This document shows, piece by piece, positions 31,428-39,216 of a stretch of DNA of 64,000 nucleotides; within the stretch, counting starts at the first letter, position 1, and the number at the start of each line of letters is the position of its first letter. The notes under the pieces are model-generated. The model was given only the letters and a program-made list of their open reading frames with translations. It ran no database searches and was not told where the DNA came from. The stretch comes from Bulleidia sp. (lineage in GTDB: Bacteria; Bacillota; Clostridia; Oscillospirales; Ruminococcaceae). Location of the stretch: the NCBI GenBank assembly GCA_963655125.1, contig CAVKDR010000006.1:85521-149520 (forward strand), given 5' to 3'. The position numbers and the translations under genes were made by a program.

Positions 31428-32573
31428 ATGGCGATTTTTGAAGTAATCAAATACGAAGGGGACAATAGCACCTTCGTTTGGAAACACCCTGCCGAAGATT
31501 TTAATACAAAGTCGCAGCTGATCGTGCACGAAACCCAGGAGGCACTTCTTTTCAAAAATGGTGTTGCGCTAGACTTGTTTCCTGCAGGGCGCTATACCCT
31601 GGATACACAGAACATTCCTCTGCTTCGGAAATTCGTAAATCTTCCTTTTGGCGGCGTGTCTCCGTTCCATTGCGAAGTGTATTTCATCAACAAAGTCGTT
31701 TCGATGGATGTGCTGTGGGGAACAAGTTCTCCAATCCCTGTCAAGGATGCGCAGTATGGCATTATTCTACCGGTAGGTGCCAATGGGCAGTTCGCTGTTC
31801 AGATTGAGGACAGCAGAAAGTTCATCACTACCATGATGGGCACGGTGCGGGAGTTTAATCAAGCAACGCTCACAAACGCATTCCGTGGCATCCTGATGAC
31901 AAAAATCAAGGACTATATTGCCAACCAATTTGTCAAAGAAAAAATTACATTCTTGGAGATCAATGCGCATATCGAGAGCATCTCCCAGGCAATCCAAGAA
32001 AAGCTTTCGGCTGAATTTGCCCAGTATGGCATCCGTCTGGTCAACTTTAACGTAAATGCTATTTTTGTGCCGGAAAGCGACCCCTCTTATCTGCGCCTGA
32101 AAGCTGCACTGGCCAGAAAAGCTGAAATGAACATTGTGGGCTACAATTACCAGCAGGAAAGAACCTTTGATGTGCTGGAAGGTGCGGCCAAAAACGAGGG
32201 CACCGGCGCTGGAGTCATGGGGGCAGGTATGGGCCTTGGCATGGGTGCAAACCTTGGCAGTGTGATTAGTGCCGCCTTTGGCGGGGCAATTGCTTCTATT
32301 GATGTAAAAGAAACGGCACCCCAAAAGGCAGAACGAGTATGCAGAAAATGCGGCGCAAAACTGCCGGAAAACGCCAAATTCTGCTTTGAGTGCGGAGAGA
32401 AAGCTGTTCTCGATGAGACGGTGATCTGCCCGAATTGCAAGGAGCCGACACCCAAAGGAAAGTTCTGCCTGCATTGCGGACACAGGCTTACCGTTACATG
32501 CCCACAATGCGGCGCAAGCCTAACACCGGGTGCGAAATTTTGCCCGGAATGTGGGGAAAGATTAGGTAACTGA
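31428..32573 (+). CDS. SPFH/Band-7 (Band_7_1-like, YdjI-like) protein fused to three C-terminal zinc ribbons
   Basis: N-terminus AIFEVIKYEGDNSTFVWKHP matches the SPFH Band_7_1 start pattern. There is a Gly-rich linker and CRKCG..CFECG, CPNC..CLHCG, CPQCG..CPECG ribbons. It sits 18 bp after the previous gene. Confidence 0.6.
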   Translation: MAIFEVIKYEGDNSTFVWKHPAEDFNTKSQLIVHETQEALLFKNGVALDLFPAGRYTLDTQNIPLLRKFVNLPFGGVSPFHCEVYFINKVVSMDVLWGTSSPIPVKDAQYGIILPVGANGQFAVQIEDSRKFITTMMGTVREFNQATLTNAFRGILMTKIKDYIANQFVKEKITFLEINAHIESISQAIQEKLSAEFAQYGIRLVNFNVNAIFVPESDPSYLRLKAALARKAEMNIVGYNYQQERTFDVLEGAAKNEGTGAGVMGAGMGLGMGANLGSVISAAFGGAIASIDVKETAPQKAERVCRKCGAKLPENAKFCFECGEKAVLDETVICPNCKEPTPKGKFCLHCGHRLTVTCPQCGASLTPGAKFCPECGERLGN

Positions 32574-32575
32574 GT

Positions 32576-32953
32576 ATGAAAAATAAAGTATATCTGGCTG
32601 TAAGTGCAATCCTTACAGTACTTGTAACGGTGGCGATGTTTCTGCTTTGGCCGGGTAGAGATGGCGTGTTCTGGACGATTTATATCTTTTCAAATCTTGC
32701 AATTTGGAGCGTAGGTGCTAACGCTGCCTACATGTCAGCGGAAAATAAATCGTTTGCAGCAAATTTAATGGTAGTTACGGTATCCGTTGTATATCTTGTA
32801 GTAAGTGTTGTATGGTCGGTTCTGTCAGTTGCAATCCTTGCTGCAAGCACTACGCTTTGCCTGGTAGGACATATTGTTCTCTTGGGAATCTTCCTGATTC
32901 TATGGCTTCTTGCCAAAGTGGCGGCAAAATATATCAATAGCCAGGATAACTAA
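32576..32953 (+). CDS. Small 4-TM membrane protein, unknown function
   Basis: 125 aa, entirely hydrophobic helices; start 3 bp after the SPFH gene stop (translational coupling). Confidence 0.5.
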   Translation: MKNKVYLAVSAILTVLVTVAMFLLWPGRDGVFWTIYIFSNLAIWSVGANAAYMSAENKSFAANLMVVTVSVVYLVVSVVWSVLSVAILAASTTLCLVGHIVLLGIFLILWLLAKVAAKYINSQDN

Positions 32954-32959
32954 AATCAA

Positions 32960-32998
32960 GCCCTGCATCCGCCGCAAACGGATGCAGGGCTTTTGTTT
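32960..32998 (+). terminator. Rho-independent terminator closing the island operon
   Basis: gccctgcatccg-ccgcaaa-cggatgcagggc followed by ttttgtttgt. Confidence 0.8.
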
Positions 32999-33064
32999 GT
33001 ATTTTGCCCCGCCTTGTGCTATACTAAATAAATCTTACGATTTTGTGCAAGGGGGGACTGCGCC

Positions 33065-33535
33065 ATGAAAAACCACGCCAAATATCTGGCCCTGGCCGTT
33101 ACACTGGGCATCATGGCGCTGATCTTCTTTTTTTCGTCCCAGCCGGGGGAGACTTCCTACCAGCTCAGCGGTGCGGTGGCAAATACCGTGCAGCACAGCA
33201 AAGTCTCGACTATCACGCCGTCCTGGTTCAATGCCCAGAACTTCAACGCCAACATCCGCAAATGGGCGCATGTGTATATTTACTGCGCGCTGGGTGTCAG
33301 CATGGCGGTCACCGTGCACCTTTGGACACACCGCATCGCCCTGTGGCAGCAAGGGCTGCTGGCGGCGGCGCTTTGTACGCTGTACGCCATATCGGATGAA
33401 ATCCACCAATACTTCGTCCCCGCCCGCGCCATGCTGCTGACCGATGTAGGCATCGATGCTTTCGGCTTTCTGCCCTGCATCGCTGTGACCTGTCTCATCA
33501 TCTGGTGCGTGACCCGCAAAAAAGCAAAACAATAA
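33065..33535 (+). CDS. VanZ-like family membrane protein
   Basis: ISDEIHQYFVPARAMLLTDVGIDAFGF motif typical of VanZ-like proteins; 4-5 TM. Confidence 0.6.
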   Translation: MKNHAKYLALAVTLGIMALIFFFSSQPGETSYQLSGAVANTVQHSKVSTITPSWFNAQNFNANIRKWAHVYIYCALGVSMAVTVHLWTHRIALWQQGLLAAALCTLYAISDEIHQYFVPARAMLLTDVGIDAFGFLPCIAVTCLIIWCVTRKKAKQ

Positions 33536-33589
33536 TGTTTACCGCCCCCCTTCGCCCGGCCATACTAACCGGGGATAGGGGGCGGTTTT

Positions 33590-35203
33590 GTGTCATTGCG
33601 GCGGCTTACGGGGCTATGCTGTGCGCTGGCGGTGCTGGCGGCGGTCATGCTGGCACGGGTGTACTGGGTGGGCACCGATACTACCTATGCGGCCAGCGCC
33701 GGGCGGCAGACCACCCAAACCACCGAACTGCCCCGCGCTCGCGGCAACTTCCTGGACCGCACCGGCCGCCCGCTGACCGGCACCGCCGCCACCTGCTACG
33801 CTCTCTGCATCCCTGGCGGCAACAGCTATTCGGCGCTGCTGCCCTACGTGTCCTACCAGGCGCAGACCTTATTGTACGAGCGCCGCAATTCCACCAGCCC
33901 CTTTTTAATAGAGATCGGCCCAACCAGTGCCCCGGCGGATGTGCTGCTGCTGGACCAGCCCCGCCGCCCACTGCCCAGCCCCATTGCTGTGCATCTGTTG
34001 GGCTACCTTGACCAGGAAAACCACGGTGTCACCGGCCTGGAACGCGCCTGGGATGCCGTACTGGCCGAATCCTGCGACCAGACCGCCGCTATCTGCCAGA
34101 CCACCGCCCGCGGGCGGCTGCTGGGCAACGGCACACCGGAGATCATCACCGAACAGCAGGGCACAGGGGCCCAGGTGAAACTGACCCTTGATGCCGACAT
34201 CCAGCGCTTGTGCGAGGGCCTTGCCCAGCTGTATATGACCCGGGGCTGCATCCTTGTCATGGACACCGCCACCGGCGAAATTTTAGCCAGCGTCAGCATG
34301 CCGGAGTACGACCCCGATGATGTGGCCCGCAGCATCCGCGCCGATGATACCTCGCTGGTCAACCGGGCGTTTTCCACTTTCAGTGTTGGTTCGGTGTTCA
34401 AGGTGGCGGCGGCGCTGGCCGCTTACGAGAACGGCCTCGACTGGTTCACCCACGACTGCACCGGCAGCATTGAGGTGGACGGTCAGACCTACCGCTGTGC
34501 TCTGGGCAAGGCCCACGGCACGGTCAACCTGCGCGGCGCGCTGGAACAAAGCTGCAACACCTACTTTGTAGCCCTGGGCCAAATCTTGGGCGGGCAGGCC
34601 CTGCGCACCGCGGCCACTGAGCTGGGCTTCGGCACCGCTGTGCCCATCGCTCCGGACCTGACCGCCAGTGCCGGGATTCTGCCCACCGCCAAAGAACTGC
34701 AAAGCACCGGCCAGCTGGCGGTGTTCAGCTTTGGGCAGGGCAGCTTCACCGCCACGCCCCTGCAAATTACGGCCATGATGAACACCATCGCCAACGGCGG
34801 CACCTACCACACGCCGCGCTTTTGCACTGGCATTGCCGATGCAGACGGGAACATTACCGACCCATTTCAACTTCCCGCGCCCCGCACCGTCTGCGATACG
34901 GCCACCGCCAAAGCCTTGCGCAGTATGCTGCAAAGCGTGGTCGAGGATGGCATCGGAACCGCCGCCAAACCCAACGGCGGCACCGCCGCAGGCAAGACCG
35001 GCACGGCCCAGACCGGCCAGTTTGACGCGGCAGGGGACGAACTGCTCAACTACTGGTTCAGCGGCTTCACCCCGGCGGAAAAGCCGAAATATACCATCAC
35101 GGTTTTGCAGGACGGTGTGCTGGAACCCGAAACTTCCAGCGCTGCCCTCTTTGCCAAAATCGCCGAAGGGCTGCAGGTGATTGAACAGCCTGCACCTGAC
35201 TGA
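33590..35203 (+). CDS. Penicillin-binding protein (class B transpeptidase)
   Basis: SVGSVFK (SxxK), SCN (SxN) and KTGTA motifs; N-terminal TM anchor; GTG start. Confidence 0.85.
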   Translation: MSLRRLTGLCCALAVLAAVMLARVYWVGTDTTYAASAGRQTTQTTELPRARGNFLDRTGRPLTGTAATCYALCIPGGNSYSALLPYVSYQAQTLLYERRNSTSPFLIEIGPTSAPADVLLLDQPRRPLPSPIAVHLLGYLDQENHGVTGLERAWDAVLAESCDQTAAICQTTARGRLLGNGTPEIITEQQGTGAQVKLTLDADIQRLCEGLAQLYMTRGCILVMDTATGEILASVSMPEYDPDDVARSIRADDTSLVNRAFSTFSVGSVFKVAAALAAYENGLDWFTHDCTGSIEVDGQTYRCALGKAHGTVNLRGALEQSCNTYFVALGQILGGQALRTAATELGFGTAVPIAPDLTASAGILPTAKELQSTGQLAVFSFGQGSFTATPLQITAMMNTIANGGTYHTPRFCTGIADADGNITDPFQLPAPRTVCDTATAKALRSMLQSVVEDGIGTAAKPNGGTAAGKTGTAQTGQFDAAGDELLNYWFSGFTPAEKPKYTITVLQDGVLEPETSSAALFAKIAEGLQVIEQPAPD

Positions 35204-35245
35204 CCAAGATTGAACACCACCCGCCAAACGCCCCAGAAAAACCAG

Positions 35246-35274
35246 TTGACAAGCCGCAAAAAGGGGCATATAAT
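35246..35274 (+). promoter_or_regulatory. Promoter of alaS leader (TTGACA-17-TATAAT)
   Basis: Consensus -35 at 35246-35251 and -10 at 35269-35274. Confidence 0.7.
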
Positions 35275-35279
35275 AGCTT

Positions 35280-35540
35280 TGTTAAAAGGAAAATGGCGAT
35301 GAAAGGGCCAATGCCGACCAGGCCAGTCCGTAGAGAGGATACCATCAGGTGAAAGGTATCCGGCTGCACCCCGGCAAAGCCACCCCGGAGCTTTCGGTAA
35401 CTAAGCCGAGCGTAACTGCGGCGTTAACGCGGGTAAAGTGGTGGTGTGTCATGCGGCACACTGCAAACCGGGTGGTACCACGGAAGCTTACACAGCCTTC
35501 GTCCCTGTACAGGGGCGTGGGCTGTATTCTTTTGTTGGGC
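35280..35540 (+). promoter_or_regulatory. T-box riboswitch leader controlling alaS
   Basis: Stem-I region with AGAGA motif, conserved T-box sequence aaccGGGTGGTACCACGGaag at about 35466-35486, then terminator hairpin and U-run (tattctttt) at about 35500-35535. Confidence 0.8.
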
Positions 35541-35576
35541 CCGTCACCGTAAATCAATGGATTGGAGAACACACAC

Positions 35577-38234
35577 ATGCAATGGACAGGACTTAACGAA
35601 CTGCGCGAAAAGTATCTGCATTATTTCGAGACCAAAGGCCACCTGCGCCTGGGCAGCTTCCCGCTGGTGCCGAAAGACGACCCCAGCCTGCTGCTGATCA
35701 ACAGCGGCATGGCCCCCATGAAGAAATGGTTCCTCGGCCAGGAAGAACCGCCGCGCCACCGCGTGACCACCTGCCAGAAGTGCATCCGTACCCCGGATAT
35801 TGAGCGCGTCGGCATCACCGCCCGCCATGGCTGCTTCTTTGAGATGCTGGGCAACTTCAGCTTCCAGGATTACTTCAAGAAAGAGGTCATTCCCTGGGCT
35901 TGGGAGTTCCTGACCAAAGAGCTGGAGATCCCCGCCGATAAGCTGTACATCTCCGTCTATCAGGACGACGACGAGGCTTACGATATCTGGACCAAGTCCG
36001 TTGGCATCCCTGAGGACCACATGGTCCGCCTGGGCAAAGAAGATAACTTCTGGGAGCATGGCTCCGGTCCCTGCGGCCCCTGCTCTGAGATCTACTATGA
36101 TCGCGGCCTGAAGTGTGGCTGCGGTAAGCCCACCTGCGGTGTTGGCTGCGACTGCGACCGCTTCATGGAGATCTGGAACCTGGTGTTCAGCCAGTACGAT
36201 GCTGACGGCAAGGGCAACTATGAACTGCTGGCCAAGCCCAACATCGATACCGGTATGGGTCTGGAGCGTTTGGCTGTTGTCATGCAGGATGTCAACAACC
36301 TGTTCGAGGTCGACACTGTTGCCGCTGTTCTGCACCATGTCGAGCGCCTGGCCGGTAAGACCTACGGCGAGAACGACAAGGACGACATCTCCATCCGCGT
36401 TATCACCGACCACATCCGCGCCACGGTCTTTATGGCATCCGATGGCATCCTGCCCTCCAACGAGGGCCGCGGCTACGTCATGCGCCGTCTGCTGCGCCGC
36501 GCTGCCCGCCATGGCCGTATGCTGGGCATCAACCGCCCGTTCCTGACCGAACTGGTCGACACCGTCATTGAGTCCAGCGAGGCCGGTTATCCCGAACTGC
36601 GTGAGCACGAAGCCTATATCAAGAAGGTCATCGGCACCGAGGAACTGCGCTTCGGCCGCACCATCGATGCCGGTCTGAACATCCTGAACGGCATGATGAG
36701 CCACCTGAAAGAAGTCCACGAGAAGGTCCTGTCCGGCGCGGAAGTGTTCAAGCTGAACGACACCTTCGGCTTCCCCCTCGACCTGACCCGCGAGATCGCC
36801 GCCGAGGCAGGTCTGGCTGTTGACGAGGCCGCTTTCCATGTGGAGATGACCAAGCAGCGTGAGCGCGCCCGCGCCGAGCGCCTGGCGAAGGATATCTCCG
36901 GTTGGAGCGCCGACCTGTTCGGTGAACTGACCGCCGAGGCCACCCAGTTTGACGGCTACGACACGCTGAGCGAGTCCGCTAAGGTCATCGCCCTGTCTGA
37001 CGGCGAGGAGCTGGCCGATGCCATTGCCACCGATGAGGCAGGCGAGAGCAAGGACGGTGTGCTGGTCGTGCTGGACCGCACCCCGTTCTACGCCGAGATG
37101 GGCGGCCAGGTCGCTGACCACGGCTACATCACCAACGGCGATGCCAAGCTGAAAGTCACCCAGGTCAAAAAGACCCCCAAGGGCTATTTTGTCCATACCT
37201 GCGAACTGCTGGATGGCACCATCCATGTGGGCGATGAAGTCACCGCTTCCGTTGACACCCAGCGCCGCATGGCCATCTGCCGCAACCACACCGCCACCCA
37301 CCTGCTGCAGAAAGCCCTGCGCGAGGTCCTGGGCGAGCATGTCCACCAGGCCGGCAGCTATCAGGATGATAAGCTGACTCACTTCGACTTCACCCACTTC
37401 AGCGCCGTCACCCCCGAGGAACTGCGCAAGGTCGAGGACCGCGTCAACGAGAAGATCTTCGAGGCTCTGCCCGTCACCATCCAGAACCTGCCCATCGAGG
37501 AAGCTAAGAAGATGGGCGCTATGGCTCTGTTCGGCGAGAAGTACGGCAGCGTTGTCCGCGTGGTTGACGCTGGCGGCTGGAGCACCGAGTTCTGCGGCGG
37601 CACCCACGTCACCAACACCGCACAGATCGGCTGCTTCAAGATCCTCAGCGAGTCCAGCGTGGCCGCTGGCATCCGCCGTATCGAGGCCACCACCGCTTAC
37701 GGTGTGCTGAACCTGCTGGATGAGCGCACCGAGCAGCTGGCTAAGACCGCCGTTGCCCTGAAGGCCAACAACCTGAAGGATGCTCCGGCCCGCGCCGAAG
37801 CCCTGACCGCTGAACTGAAAGAGACCAACAAGCAGCTGGATATCCTGAAAGCTGAGATGGCTTCCGCCAAGATCGATGGCCTGTTCGAGAATGCTGCCGA
37901 CATCGATGGTGTGCGCATCGTCTCTGCCTACCTGACCGGTACCGGCGCTGACACCCTGCGCGACATGGTCGATAAGGTCCGCGACAAGGCCCCCAACGCT
38001 GTCACCGTTCTGATCGGCAGCGATGGAAATAAGACCATGATGGCTGTTGGTGTTTCCAAGAACGCCCTGGCCCGCGGCCTGAAAGCCGGTGCCCTTGTCA
38101 AGAAGATCGCCGCAATCGCAGGCGGCAACGGCGGCGGCAAGCCCGATTTCGCCATGGCCGGTATCCGCGATACCTCCAAGATCGATGATGCCTTGAACGC
38201 CGTGCCCGAGATCGTCAAAGCGGAAATGCAGTAA
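35577..38234 (+). CDS. alaS: Alanine--tRNA ligase
   Basis: Full-length AlaRS with catalytic, editing (HTATHLL) and C-terminal DHHA1 domains; ATG 35577 is 9 nt after GGAG. Confidence 0.95.
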   Translation: MQWTGLNELREKYLHYFETKGHLRLGSFPLVPKDDPSLLLINSGMAPMKKWFLGQEEPPRHRVTTCQKCIRTPDIERVGITARHGCFFEMLGNFSFQDYFKKEVIPWAWEFLTKELEIPADKLYISVYQDDDEAYDIWTKSVGIPEDHMVRLGKEDNFWEHGSGPCGPCSEIYYDRGLKCGCGKPTCGVGCDCDRFMEIWNLVFSQYDADGKGNYELLAKPNIDTGMGLERLAVVMQDVNNLFEVDTVAAVLHHVERLAGKTYGENDKDDISIRVITDHIRATVFMASDGILPSNEGRGYVMRRLLRRAARHGRMLGINRPFLTELVDTVIESSEAGYPELREHEAYIKKVIGTEELRFGRTIDAGLNILNGMMSHLKEVHEKVLSGAEVFKLNDTFGFPLDLTREIAAEAGLAVDEAAFHVEMTKQRERARAERLAKDISGWSADLFGELTAEATQFDGYDTLSESAKVIALSDGEELADAIATDEAGESKDGVLVVLDRTPFYAEMGGQVADHGYITNGDAKLKVTQVKKTPKGYFVHTCELLDGTIHVGDEVTASVDTQRRMAICRNHTATHLLQKALREVLGEHVHQAGSYQDDKLTHFDFTHFSAVTPEELRKVEDRVNEKIFEALPVTIQNLPIEEAKKMGAMALFGEKYGSVVRVVDAGGWSTEFCGGTHVTNTAQIGCFKILSESSVAAGIRRIEATTAYGVLNLLDERTEQLAKTAVALKANNLKDAPARAEALTAELKETNKQLDILKAEMASAKIDGLFENAADIDGVRIVSAYLTGTGADTLRDMVDKVRDKAPNAVTVLIGSDGNKTMMAVGVSKNALARGLKAGALVKKIAAIAGGNGGGKPDFAMAGIRDTSKIDDALNAVPEIVKAEMQ

Positions 38235-38283
38235 ATCCACAGCGCAAGCTGTTTCCCATTCCACCATAAAGGAGGGACGAACA

Positions 38284-38628
38284 ATGGACGATTGCCTGTT
38301 CTGTAAGATCGCTGCAGGGCAAATCCCCTCGAACAAACTGTACGAGGACGATCAGCTGCTGGCTTTCTACGACATCGACCCCCAGGCCCCGACCCACTTC
38401 CTGGTCATCCCCAAGCAGCACATTGACTCTGCTGCCGCCCTGACCGAGAGTGATGCCGCCCTGCTGGGCCACATCTACGCCGTTATCGCAGACCTGTGCC
38501 GTCAGCTGGGCGTGGCCGAAAACGGCTACCGCGTTGTCACCAACGTGGGTGCCGATGGCGGCCAGAGCGTCAAGCATCTGCACTTCCATGTGCTGGCAGG
38601 CCGCAGCCTGGCATGGCCTCCGGGCTGA
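38284..38628 (+). CDS. HIT-family (histidine triad) protein
   Basis: CLFCKI..., HLHFHVL histidine triad. Confidence 0.85.
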   Translation: MDDCLFCKIAAGQIPSNKLYEDDQLLAFYDIDPQAPTHFLVIPKQHIDSAAALTESDAALLGHIYAVIADLCRQLGVAENGYRVVTNVGADGGQSVKHLHFHVLAGRSLAWPPG

Positions 38629-38670
38629 TGCCTTGCCGCGTACAAACAAAAACGAAATGAGGTAGCTATT

Positions 38671-39210
38671 ATGGCTGATACCTATACTTTGCATATCGCG
38701 GGCCTGACCCGTGAACTTCCCATCTGCAAGGTCAATGACCATCTGGACATTGCCGCCTTCATCATGTTCAGCGATGTGGAGCTGACCGAGGCCTGCGCCG
38801 CTGCGCTGCTGAAGAAAGCCCCCGAGTTTGACGTGATCCTGACCGCCGAGGCCAAGGGCATCCCCCTGGCTTACGAGATGGCCCGCCAGAGCGGCAAGTA
38901 CTGGATCCCCGCCCGCAAGGGTGCCAAGCTCTACATGAAAGAGCCTGTCATCATCGAGGACCAGTCCATCACCACCGCTGGCAAGCAGACCCTGGTCATC
39001 GACAAGAAAGACATCGACTATATGAACGGCAAGCGCATCCTGATCGTGGATGACGTTATCTCCACCGGCGGCTCTCTGCATGCCCTGGAGACCCTGGCCG
39101 CCAAGAGCACCGGCACCGTTGTTGGCTGCTGCGCTGCCCTGGCCGAGGGCGATGCCGCTAAGCGCACCGACATCTTCTTCCTGGAGCCGCTGCCGCTCTT
39201 TGCCCACTAA
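38671..39210 (+). CDS. Type I phosphoribosyltransferase-family protein
   Basis: PRPP-binding motif ILIVDDVISTGGS; exact substrate class unclear. Confidence 0.55.
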   Translation: MADTYTLHIAGLTRELPICKVNDHLDIAAFIMFSDVELTEACAAALLKKAPEFDVILTAEAKGIPLAYEMARQSGKYWIPARKGAKLYMKEPVIIEDQSITTAGKQTLVIDKKDIDYMNGKRILIVDDVISTGGSLHALETLAAKSTGTVVGCCAALAEGDAAKRTDIFFLEPLPLFAH

Positions 39211-39216
39211 GTAAAG

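Noticed and set aside
29880-33000. Prophage or IS element at the low-GC island
   Set aside because: No integrase, transposase, terminal inverted repeats or flanking direct repeats could be recognised. It is treated as an accessory gene cassette of unknown mobility rather than a defined mobile element.
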